A DNA stretch of 64,000 bases, taken from the NCBI GenBank assembly GCA_020891255.1, contig BQFW01000012.1:2418001-2482000 (forward strand). Reading direction: 5' to 3'. This document shows positions 1-10,609 of the stretch, one piece after another. The notes beneath the pieces were generated by a model. It made no database searches. It saw nothing but the letters and a program-made list of their open reading frames with translations, and was not told where the DNA came from. The first letter of the stretch is position 1; the number at the start of each line of letters is the position of its first letter. Origin of the DNA: Entomortierella parvispora E1425 (Eukaryota > Fungi > Mortierellomycota). The position numbers and the translations under genes were made by a program.

Positions 1-2
1 AA

Positions 3-2204
3 GATGCAGCCAAGGCAGCTCAAAAGAAGGCCCATCTTGGCAAGCAGCCTGAGCCAGAAAGTATCAAGGATCAAATTCTGAAGAAGGCCTCGGAGGCGGA
101 AAAGATTGTGGAGGCATACGCCGAAGAGGCCAAGGAGGCGATTGCCGAGTCTGTCAAGGGTGCTCAGAAGGTTGCTGGAGAGTATTCAGACACGATTAAG
201 GCCGCCGTTGCTGGTATGGCTGCCGGAGGTGTTAAACACGCAGTCGATTCTCACCACAAGGTTCCCGGCACTGAAGAGGTCAAGAAGGCAGCCGAAGTCA
301 AGGGCCAAGGCGCCCAACACGCCGCTGAGCAGTTTATTGAGAATGTGGCAGAGACCGTCGCCAAGACAGCCCATGATGCCCAAAAGGCGATCGTAGACGA
401 AGCGGAGCAGATCAGACACTATGCCGACGATAAAGTCAAGGAGGCTGGCAAGATCTCTGAGCACATCAAGCAGCAGGTTATTGAAAAGGCCCGCGAGGCT
501 CAAGAGGCCATTCTTCGTCAGACTGAAAACTTCCAGGAGGCTGGCACCAAGTTCAAGGATTCTGTCGTCGGTTCTGCCAGCGATGCCCAGGACGCTATCG
601 AGAAGGAGGCCAACGCCGCGATCAAGGCCGCACAGATCAATAAGCACAAACTTGAGAAACTTGCGAAGCAAGAGGCTGCAGCTGCCAAAATGGCGCGCGA
701 AAAGACGATGGAGGAGGCATGGAAGGATATTGAGGATATCTCGAACAAGGCACAGAAGGCATTCCATGCAGCTGAACACGAGGCAGAGGCCATCAAGGAT
801 AAGGTGGTCAAGGCCGGCCATGACGCTCAGAAGGCCGCCTATGACCAATACGAAGGTGCCAAAAAGGTGGTTCAGGATCAGATCAAGCATGCAGAGGAAG
901 TGATTGAGGACGAGGCCGAGTATATCCGCAAATCTGCAGAGCGTATCGTCAAGGACACCAAGAAGATCGTGGATCATCACACTGGAGAAGCGCAAGAGTA
1001 CGCGGCACAGCAGGTCAAGGACTCCAAGGACCAGGTTGAGAAGGCCAAGGACTTTGCTGCTCAAAAAGCAAAGGAAGCTGGTGATCACATTGAGCAAGCC
1101 CGTGGCCATGCCAACCAGAGAGTAAGGGAGGCCAACGAGCAGGCCCGAGCCCACGCGCACCAGAAGGCAAAGGACGCCAAGGAGTATGTCGACAAGAAGT
1201 CGAGCGAGGCCAGTGATACCATTGAACATACCAAGGATACGGTCAAACATAAGGCTCATGATGCCCACACCGCCTCCAAGGCTTCCCTGGCCGCAATGCT
1301 TGCTGGCATCGAGGCAACTTTTGGACAGTTTTATTCTTACGAGGAGAGTGAGACTGAGAGTCTGTGGAACAAGTTGCAGTCTGCCATTGACGAACACCTT
1401 GAAGCTGCCAAGAAGTCTGCCCAAGATCTTGAGAAAGCCAACCGCGAGGCCTACGAGTCTTTCGAATCCTATGTGAAAGATTGGTCCAAGGAAAAATCTG
1501 GGGATATGGAGGATCACATCTCTACTCTTGGTCAGCGATCAGTTCAGTCGATCAACACCATTGGACAGCGAGCCGAACATGATAGCAGTGCGGCCAAGTC
1601 CAAGGCTGAGGTCCTTGCCAACAACGTGGAGGTTTACCTTTCTGGCCTCAAGGACTTTTTGTCGGATCGTCTTGCCGCCTCCAAGGAAACTGTCGCCGCA
1701 GAATTGAGTGTCTTCAAGGACACCAGCAGCGAAGACGACGAGAAGGCAGCTCGCTCAAAGTTGGCACAGCTGGAAGCATCAGCAAGAGCGCGATTGGAGG
1801 AGGCCGGCAGCGGTGCTCGCACGAAGGCCCATGAGTTGTTGAAGCAGGTGGACGAGGTCTGGTCACAGTCTGAGGCAAAGTCTCGCGACTATGTAGAGCG
1901 CACAAGAGAGCTGTACAAGAAGACAGCCGAGGACGCCAAGGCTTCTTTGAAGGCCGCAACAGACTCAAAGACAGCTTCGACAGAACCAAAGGCGGAGGGA
2001 GATGATGACACCTTAAAGGCCAAGGTCCAGTCCGTGAAGGAGCAGGCAAAGGATGCGATTCACGCGGCTACGGACAAGGTACACGGTATTCTTCTCAACA
2101 AGAATAGCGACGATTCCTTTGGGCAGGTAGCAAATGATGCTGAACCTAATGTCCGGGTGGCCATGGAAGAGCCAGGCTCTGGACACCGTCATCATCGTCA
2201 TTGA
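3..2204 (+). CDS. 5'-truncated Ala/Lys/Glu-rich helical repeat protein, LEA/perilipin/apolipoprotein-like
   Basis: The frame is open from position 3 (DAAKAAQKKAHLGK...), so the true start lies upstream of the window. It runs >730 codons without introns, with recurring HDAQKA / KAKEA motifs, and stops TGA at 2204. Confidence 0.75.
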   Translation, partial: DAAKAAQKKAHLGKQPEPESIKDQILKKASEAEKIVEAYAEEAKEAIAESVKGAQKVAGEYSDTIKAAVAGMAAGGVKHAVDSHHKVPGTEEVKKAAEVKGQGAQHAAEQFIENVAETVAKTAHDAQKAIVDEAEQIRHYADDKVKEAGKISEHIKQQVIEKAREAQEAILRQTENFQEAGTKFKDSVVGSASDAQDAIEKEANAAIKAAQINKHKLEKLAKQEAAAAKMAREKTMEEAWKDIEDISNKAQKAFHAAEHEAEAIKDKVVKAGHDAQKAAYDQYEGAKKVVQDQIKHAEEVIEDEAEYIRKSAERIVKDTKKIVDHHTGEAQEYAAQQVKDSKDQVEKAKDFAAQKAKEAGDHIEQARGHANQRVREANEQARAHAHQKAKDAKEYVDKKSSEASDTIEHTKDTVKHKAHDAHTASKASLAAMLAGIEATFGQFYSYEESETESLWNKLQSAIDEHLEAAKKSAQDLEKANREAYESFESYVKDWSKEKSGDMEDHISTLGQRSVQSINTIGQRAEHDSSAAKSKAEVLANNVEVYLSGLKDFLSDRLAASKETVAAELSVFKDTSSEDDEKAARSKLAQLEASARARLEEAGSGARTKAHELLKQVDEVWSQSEAKSRDYVERTRELYKKTAEDAKASLKAATDSKTASTEPKAEGDDDTLKAKVQSVKEQAKDAIHAATDKVHGILLNKNSDDSFGQVANDAEPNVRVAMEEPGSGHRHHRH

Positions 2205-2430
2205 ATATCATGAAAAAAAAAAAAAAACATCTTCAGAAATTAGCAAAAATAAATTGCAAATGTCAAAATTGGTGGCGTAGTTTCAGGAGGTCCCAAGTTC
2301 AAAGCCACCGAGCGAGGGGACATTCCTGCACAGACAAAATGTCAAGAAATGAACTCTTCCATTAAAAGCTCAACAGCGCAACCAACCTCGACCATACTCA
2401 CCAAACCCCGTAGACAAAACCAACGCAGAC

Positions 2431-3579
2431 ATGGAAGCCATCGTATCTATCCCAGGAGCAAAGTCCCTGGCCGTCTCCTTCCCAGCGGATTCAAATCCAA
2501 CAGTCCAGGACCTTCAATGTCGACTCGAAGAGATGTTGCACATCCCCATGGACGAGCAGCGACTCTTGACCAGCGGAGGAATGCCTCTCGAGGACTCGTA
2601 TGAACAACATGAGCAAGAACAGAGTCACAACCATGTACCCTTGTTCCCTACAACAGAGACTCTTCGGTTCCTAAACCTGTCCTTGAGAGTGAATGGAGGC
2701 AAAGGAGGTTTCGGAAGTATGCTGCGCGCTCAGGGAGGACGTATGAACTCTCAAAAGGGTCCCACCAACACGGATGCCTGCCGTGACTTGAGCGGTCGTC
2801 GTATCAAGACTGTGAACGATGCCAAAAAGTAAGACCAACCGTGCGTGCCATGATACTGTCAGGACAAAACAAAAGATGGCATTTTCTAATACTCTTGGTC
2901 CCCTTTCATCTCCCCCCCCCCCCATTCTTTCCTTAGAATGGCTGAATACCTTCAACAGGAGCCTGAGCGTGAAAAGGCAAAGAAAGAGTCACTGAAGCGC
3001 AAAATTGAAGAAAAACTGGAAAAGGCCGATCGACCCACTCGGAAACATCGGTTTGAGGACGCAAAGTTTTTTGATCAGTTGGAGGAGGATGTGGAGGAGG
3101 TCAAGAGCGCAGTGGCACAAGCCATCAAGGAGAGCATGAAGCCAAAGTACGCGGGAGGTGCGTCAAGTTCAGGATCTGGATCCTCTTCGGGATCTGGATC
3201 CGAGAAAGAGTCGGGTGCTTCTAGCGTGAGCAGCAGCAGTAGTAGTAGCAAAGGAAACGGAAAGGCGGTCGAACCAGTGGAGGCAAAGAAGAAGGCGCCT
3301 GTCAAATCCTTGAGCATGTGGTAAGTGTTGTTGAACATCATTTTTTCAGGCAGTCGTATGAAAATGGTACAAGGAGTTGAACTATTATATTAACAGAGTA
3401 TGCATTCCTTTCATTCTTCTATTAGGGATAACATGTCTGATTACGAGTCGTCTGAGGAAGAGGATGAGGAGGAAGAGGAAGAGGAGGAGAAGGAAGAAGA
3501 AGAAAAAGAAGAGGAGCCTGTTAGCAAAGCAAAGGGCAAGGGCAAGGCACCTGCCAAGTCTTCGCGTTCCAAGAAGTGA
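2431..3579 (+). CDS. SDE2: Sde2 ubiquitin-fold splicing/silencing factor
   Basis: Exons 2431-2828, 2937-3320, 3426-3579 (312 codons). An N-terminal ubiquitin-like fold is followed by the signature LRVNGG|[15 protein letters not shown]...[13 protein letters not shown], with an acidic C-terminal tail. Confidence 0.92.
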
Positions 3580-4884
3580 AAGGTTGCTCTTGGTCCAACT
3601 GTGTCTCCCGTTGACTACGAGATGAGGACACTCTCTTCAGCTTGTTTTGTTCCCCCATTTTTGAATCGCCATACTATCCCCCTTTCCTCATCATCACCCT
3701 TGTAATAATAAATCCGTACCTCCCATGAAAAGCCTCCGTGTGCAATTTGAGCCATGGATCATCAAAGAACAAATTTATGACAACCGATTGCTCTGTGCTG
3801 TGGGTCTGTGTCTCTAGAGTCTTGGGAAGATTGGAAGGATGAACCGAACAAACACGCGCGAACCAACGAGTGGTCTGCCCAGTGAGAATGAAGGAAAAGC
3901 ACAAGACTCAACAGCAACCAAAAAAAAATGAGAGCGATTCGCCTTTAAATGTTGTGCGACCGATTTGGGTTGGGCAAAGAGGATGAGAGTGTTGATTGCG
4001 TGGACACACGGACGGATCATGCCCCGACAGGGCGGACTGAAGGAGGAGAGGGAAGTGACCATTCAAATCCACAGACGTGTTGGATCTTTTGCCGAGGAAG
4101 TGGGGCAGGGCTTGTGTGTTAAACATCTCGATGACATCTCAATGGTCAGGATTTACGACTAGGATATTTTCAATCGCGGGTTGCAAGAGAGAGAGAGAGA
4201 GAGAGGTACAACACAACGGCTGGGAATGGCGTATGAAAAGGAAAGGAAAGGAAAAGAAAAAAGAGTTCCTGAGAAGAGAGGCGAGGTGCAGATTCACGAA
4301 TCAAATCAAACCAGTTCATTCGCTCAGGGACAAATAGAGTCGGGCGGACAAGGTTCGTTCGAGTCGATGGGACCTCTGGGTGCTCTCGGCACTTTCTCAC
4401 AAGAGTTTGTTTGTGAACGAAAACGAGCGAACGAGAGACAAAAGAGAGAGAGAGAAAGGAGAAAGAGAGTGAGCACCTTGCCCATTGCTTGTTGGATTAC
4501 CCAGCTGAAGGCAAGTTGTGCGTGTGAAGAAATAAAAAAGAAAGCGATCCCAAGAAAAAAGACAGGACGGATCGTTGCAACGGCTTCTTACTCGTCCATC
4601 CGCGCCGCGCCCTGTTGGTCGCACACACCTGACTGGCTTGACCTCGACCGACCAAAGCTTTTTCCTCCTTCTTTGTTCCTTTCCCCTCCTTTTCTTTCTT
4701 TTTTCCTTTCTTCTTTTTGACTCTCAGCCTCCCTTGCTCCTTTTACCTTTCGACACTCATTCCCCGACCTCGTCTTTTTGTTTCCTTTGGTCATCTCATC
4801 CCGGACAACTCTCTACGCGATCACCGCAATTGTATAGCCTCCTCGCCGTTTCTTCTCCTCGTCCATACATTCATATATACTACA

Positions 4885-6787
4885 ATGGCCCCATCTGCAT
4901 CACTCATCGTCCTCAGCGCGGTCGCTGCCTTGGTCGGAATTGCTGTCTACCTTCCCAGTAAGTCCATTCTTTCATTTCAAGTTGAGCCCTGCCCCCGCCC
5001 CCCGCTTGAATGTTTCTGCTTCGCGAGAAACTCGTTTGTCTGCGTTTCTCAGGAACGGAGTGAGAAAAAAAAAACCCAGTTGAAAGGAAAATTAACCCTC
5101 TTCCTCCTTTCTCCCCTCCGGTGGTCTCTTTCCTCATATAGTGCAAAGAACAAAGACTCTTCTTGAGGGTCCAGCATTGGTCGAGAACTTTGGCATGGAG
5201 AAGTGCCAGCGTGTTTCTGGTGAGTTCTTTGACTGGTCGCAAAAAAAGAAAGGAAAAAAAAAGGACGACAGGATCGTTTTGGGGTCGGTTTGGTTGGCTG
5301 GATGTTTGATCGAAAAATTCACAAGAGCAAAAGAAAAATCAAGGGGAAGGAACCTGCCCTGAACAGGATTATCAATCACCTTGTTACAAAATGAGGGCGG
5401 AAAAAAGACGAAAAAAAAAAGTACGACCGGTTTCTAAACATTGTTTTTGAATGGATGAATGATATAGGACCCTCCTTCTGTGATGATGTCCGCATCCAGC
5501 GCAATCTCAACTTGGGGTTCCTTGCTTGCGATCCCTCCCTTCCTTACCGCAACTTTGCCGCCAGCGTGTTTGATGAGTCAAAGATGAAGGAGAACGGCGC
5601 TCTCTGGGTTTATGACATGACCAAGGTATGATTTCATGGGAAGCTACCAATCTTTTTTTGTTCCCAAGGCAGATCAACCTAAAGAAAAGAAGGAAAGAAA
5701 GGAAAAGAGTTAGATCTCAATGTCTGACAAAAATCGCCCTTGTGTTCTTTCTCTCTTCCAGCCCGGATCGCCTGCCGAAAAGTTGACCATCAAGAACTTT
5801 GACGGACCTTTCCACCCCAGCGGCATCACCTTTGCCCCTGTTTCAGCAGACGGTACCCCGGCTCGTGTTGTGATTATGGTGGTGAACCATGTTCCATTGG
5901 AGATCCCCCGTGTCGAGGTTCTTTACTACTACCCCGCCCGCAAGTCGCTCGTGTACAAGAAGACAATCTCGTCCGAGTACTTTATTGCCGCCAACAAGAT
6001 CGCGGCTACCGAATCCGAGATGGTGCACCCCAATGATGATACCCCTTCGTTCTTCTTGACCAACGATCATGGTTACAACATCACGGATTGGAAGCGCGAT
6101 TACGAGGAAAAGTACAACTTGCCTGCTTCCTCCATGGTCTACTACAACGCTCGTGCGGATAAGGCCCAGGAGGTCGGATGGCGTTTCCAGATGCCCCAGG
6201 CTTTGGTCTCTGCAGATGACTCGGAGTCTGTGTGGATCAGTCAGGCCAAGGCTGGTACCTTGGATCTTTACAAGAGCCACATGTTGTCGGAGGAGCATCA
6301 GCAAGAAGAGGTCATCTCTGCAGACACGCGTCGTCGTCTCAAGATCACCTGGCCCGGCATGATGAACGAGGACACCTTGAACACAAAGTCTGTCAACGTC
6401 GGTGTCGATTATGATCCCATCGCCAAGTCCCTGGTCGCGCTCTCCCACGCAAAGTACAACAACTACCTTCAGGTCGCCAAGGAGAAGTTGGCTGACAAGG
6501 ATGCCAAGCCCTCTGTTCAGTCTGGCTTTGTTGTCTCCAAGGCTGTCATGTACCCCGTCCGTGTCGGTGAGACCCGCCCTAAGCCCCAGAAGGACATGGT
6601 CTTTGACCCCGAGGAGCGCCCTCGTCGTTACCGTCTCCAGTACTTTGTTGAGCCCAGAATCAGCCACGATGGTTCCGAGTTTGGTTCTCCCTCGGCCGTT
6701 GCTGTCTTGGGTGGCAAAGACGGTGCCGCTGACCGTGTCTTGGTCTCGAGCCATTACGAGTCTGGTTTCTTGGATTGCTCCTTCTAA
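4885..6787 (+). CDS. Paraoxonase/arylesterase-like six-bladed beta-propeller with N-terminal signal anchor
   Basis: Exons 4885-4957, 5142-5219, 5468-5625, 5762-6787 (445 codons). Hydrophobic N-terminus; motifs CDDVRI, FHPSGI, VVNH, FFLTNDH and LSH are in PON-family order. Confidence 0.75.
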
Positions 6788-6956
6788 ATTCCTACTTGCT
6801 TTTGTTTTTCACTCCTTCGTTTATCCTTAGTTACAAATAATATAAAATACAGTTGTGTTCTTCTCTGCCATGCTGAGTGGTCAAATGTCCTTTGCAACAT
6901 GAGTATGAAAGTGATGTAAGCATGAACAGTTGAATTATATTTTTTTTTCTGTTTTT

Positions 6957-8542
6957 CTAGGCAGCAATAGTAGACACACGAGTCATCATGTTCAACAGTT
7001 GCAATTGTTCGTCTGCACCATCCGAGAGAGCCTTGTCGACATCACCAAACACCTCTGCAACCTGCGCCTTTTGGATCGAGCTCAAAGTTTCCGTTCTCAA
7101 GAGACGCATGTGCAATTGTGACAGGATCTTGGAAGCCGAGTGGCCGTCTGCGACCACATTCGAAACCTCGTTCGAAATCTTTTTGTAGTCCCTGGTACGC
7201 CAGCATGCCTCCAGACCATCAATAACATCCTCAGGTACCGTCTAATATGAAATAATGAGGGGAAAGGCAAATATAAGATTTTTGCAAAAGGCATATGGTG
7301 AAGTTTGGATCACGTAAAAAAGAACAGAGCGACAAACTTACTCCTGCGATATCTGCAATCACATCCACGCCAATTTCTGCATCCTTGCCCATCAAGCGTG
7401 AGGCACTCTGGAGGTACATGATGGCCTTTCTCAAATCACCCTCTGAAATCCGAATGAGACTCAAGATGGCCTCGGGTGAAATCTTGACATCTTCCTCTCT
7501 GCAAATCAGCTCGAGTCTGTCCTTGCTGTGCTTTTCCTCCAAAGGCTTGAAACGGAACTTTGCGCAACGAGAGGCCAAAGGCTCAATAATACGGGTGACG
7601 TAGTTGCAGATCAGGCAAAAGCGAGTCAATTTTGAACATGTCTCCATGGTACGACGCAAAGCAGACTGAGCATCCGCTGTCATGGAGTCGGCCTCGTCCA
7701 GGATGATAATCTTGTATGGTGGGCAGTTCTGAGAACTACAGAAAAAGGAAAGCAAAATCAAGATCTACAGCTTCCAAGAAATTCTTCATGATGGCTCTCA
7801 TTCTTTCATCCTCTTACCCAATGTTATGAGAGACAGTTGAGCGGGCAAAGTTCTTGACCTTTTCACGAATAACAGAGATACCACGCTCATCCGAAGCGTT
7901 CAGTTCCAGCACACGAGAGCCGATCATCTCAGGTCTAATCGATGTAAAATAATCCAGAATTAAAGCGTTTTAGTAATGTTTCCTGAAAAGACGACAATCG
8001 TTCTGTTGAAAAGAGGTAATGACTCCATCAAACTGTACCCATAGATATCTCTGGCAAGGGCCAAAATGGTTGACGTCTTTCCTGTTCCTGGAGGTCCATA
8101 GAAAAGCAAGTGAGGCAACTAGTGACAAAGTATTTGTTAGGGCCGGCCCTGTTGAGTTTGACGACAAACTACATGCCCTATCCGGACATCTTACATTCTG
8201 GGACTCCATAGTCTTCTTAAGAACCGCAACGGCCTGTTCCTGTGAGCTAATATCATCCATGGTCTTTGGGCGGCTAGAAAGAGAAATTGGTGGCAAAAAG
8301 TCAGCCTTGGATCATTGGCACCACAAGGAATAGAGCGCAATCTGATTCTGATCTCTGTCCATGGACTGAAGTCTCTCCAAAATAAGTTTGGGGTTGGGAT
8401 GATGAATGGCATCCAAGGACCGGCGCACTCACTATTTCTCAATCCAGGGCTTGTTGGCAGCAGCAGCAGCATTAGAGGCAGCGGCAGCAGCAGCAGAGGC
8501 AGGGCCACCAGCCCTTGGCCGGTAAAAGAATGAGGAAGACAT
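6957..8542 (-). CDS. RFC2: Replication factor C small subunit (yeast Rfc2 / human RFC4 orthologue)
   Basis: Exons 8433-8542, 8195-8273, 8039-8118, 7818-7934, 7342-7735, 6957-7241 (355 codons). Motifs PWIEKYRPKT, Walker [34 protein letters not shown] and SRC. Confidence 0.95.
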
Positions 8543-8935
8543 GTGTTGGTGTACTGAGAGGGTCTAGAATGTCTAGTTGTCGCGAGTCCTGGGTCCTTGA
8601 GTCAGGTGGTCCTGCAGAGCGATGGAATGAAGGAATGAAGGAATGAAGGAGTCGATTCGATTTGGTGGCGACAATGTCGCGTCTGTCTGATTCAAACAAC
8701 AAATCTCGAGAGGGGGAAAGGAACGAGACGATGCGGACTGGAGTACACCCTTAAGTCAGTATCAGACAGCCAAAAAAGAAAAAAAAAGAGGTCTCACCCC
8801 GCCTATGGACGCATGCATGGTCCATTCGTTATTCATTCACTTTCCTTTCTTCTTTTTTCTTTGTCTCTCTACCTATTCTCCCACCTTACTCTACCCTCAT
8901 TCTACTTACCTAATAACACACATATTCATCTCAGC

Positions 8936-9779
8936 ATGATCCACATCCCTTTCGTCAACGGAGGATCCGTCTGTAAGTTGCGCGGTCCTTCTTGCACGCA
9001 CCACCGATCTGTGCTCTGAAGCTCCGACCTTCATTCCCAGAACTTTGACGCGACTGACCATGGCCCGCCTCGCTTGTACTGTTCTTCATAGTTATCGGTG
9101 CCCTCTACAACCAGCTCTCTGGCGCCCTTGTCTATGGACCTCTCTTTGGAAACGTCTGGCTCGAGGCCATGAACAAGGTACTGTGCTCTCACCAAGGGTT
9201 TGTGGCACCCTGCAATTACACACCTGCCTTCACCGCCTTGCAAGCAAACGTAATTTTTTCTCATCATGTTCCACCATGCAAACCCGATCTGTAGGACAAG
9301 GGAGGCGAGGGTTGGGAGGGAAGTGACGATTGCCAGAAGCGTGTCCCAGTGATGCTCCTCAAGGAGTTTGTTTTGAATGCCGGCAAGGTAAGGAGACAGT
9401 CCATTGAAAAAGAGAGACTGTGGAGAGAGTACGTCTTTCTCTCTCTCTGTCAATGTCTCTATCTCTCCTCATGATGATCGCCTCAAGATGTTTGCTCTCT
9501 AACTTTTTCTGAGAACCCTCTTTTTTGGGTTTAAATTCTCCCCTTCCTTTTCCCTAGGCATGGTTCACTGGATTGCTTTTGAACTTGACTCAGGCGCGCA
9601 CAATGTCCCAGGCAGCCCAGCTCGGTGCCTTCCTCTACTTTGGTGTTCTTGTCCCCTCCATCATCTCTGAGAGCATGTGGGAGCAGCGTCCTTGCGACTT
9701 GCAAAAGTTCAAGTTTGTCAGCGGATTCAGCAGCACCATCTTGTTGGCCTGCGTCCTTCACTGGTGGGGTACTGCCTAA
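8936..9779 (+). CDS. Small multi-pass membrane protein, DUF1761-like
   Basis: Exons 8936-8972, 9092-9177, 9295-9387, 9558-9779 (146 codons). Motif GALVYGPLFGNVWLEAM plus about 4 hydrophobic helices, and a MWEQRP motif near the C-terminus. Confidence 0.7.
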
Positions 9780-10609
9780 GAAAGAAAAGAAAGAAAGCGC
9801 CAGGTCAAAGCTTTTCGTGTCCGAGACAATGCACTCCAAGACATGACAAGACAAGAAACAGAAAAAACTCGTCATGTTTGTTCAAATTCATTCTTTAATA
9901 AAACTTGTAAATAGCCATTACAAAGCTGCCAGGGATGTCCTCCCTCCACCACTCCCCAGGATTTTGCAGACGCCTCTCTTTGCCTCTCTGTCTGGTCGGA
10001 ATGAAAAAAGTTCTGACTAGAGATGAGCTCACAAGAAGGTGCGGTATCAACAAACAACAGGGCATCGTTCACTCTGTGGGCCGGCAGACGAGAGCGTTGT
10101 GCAAAGGGTAATGGGAAAGTGGGCAGGCAGGCAGGCAGGCATGAGTAAGTAGTACCTCTCAACAACGAACGCCTGCTGTTCCCGTTGGACATGATTGCAC
10201 GCCCGCCGCTTGTTTGTCAGGAGTGTTGATGCCTCGACTCTAGAGGTGGGTGTCCAATGCGAAAGAAGGGCACAAAGAGCGGGCTGGTGCCCCCTCCCCC
10301 CGAAAGTGCCTCTCTCTCTTTCTTGTTCCCTCTCCTCCCTCTCCTCTCTCTCTCTCGCTCTCAACATCTCCCTTCACTCGCCAACATCCTCACCACCGCC
10401 ACTCTATCTCTTTATCTCTATCCATTGGCCAATTTACTATCTGTGCACCACTCTCTCGACCCTCATCCACACCTCGTTTTCTATTATCCTGGTGGCACTG
10501 TTCACCCCTTTTTTTGTTGAAGAAAAAAAAACGTGCATCATCTCCCTCCACCACAGTCATTCATTGTCGACAACCACTTTCAGTCCTGGATTGAACTCGA
10601 ACCACAGCC

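Noticed and set aside
186-1517. 443-aa antisense ORF; similar ones at 5843-6754, 16375-17418 and 45980-46327
   Set aside because: These are antisense shadows of codon-biased genes on the opposite strand, with no independent family motifs.
3620-4880. Several 65-180 aa ORFs between SDE2 and the PON-like gene
   Set aside because: They are translations of GA/CT microsatellites and A-tracts, with no consistent splice pattern or domain.
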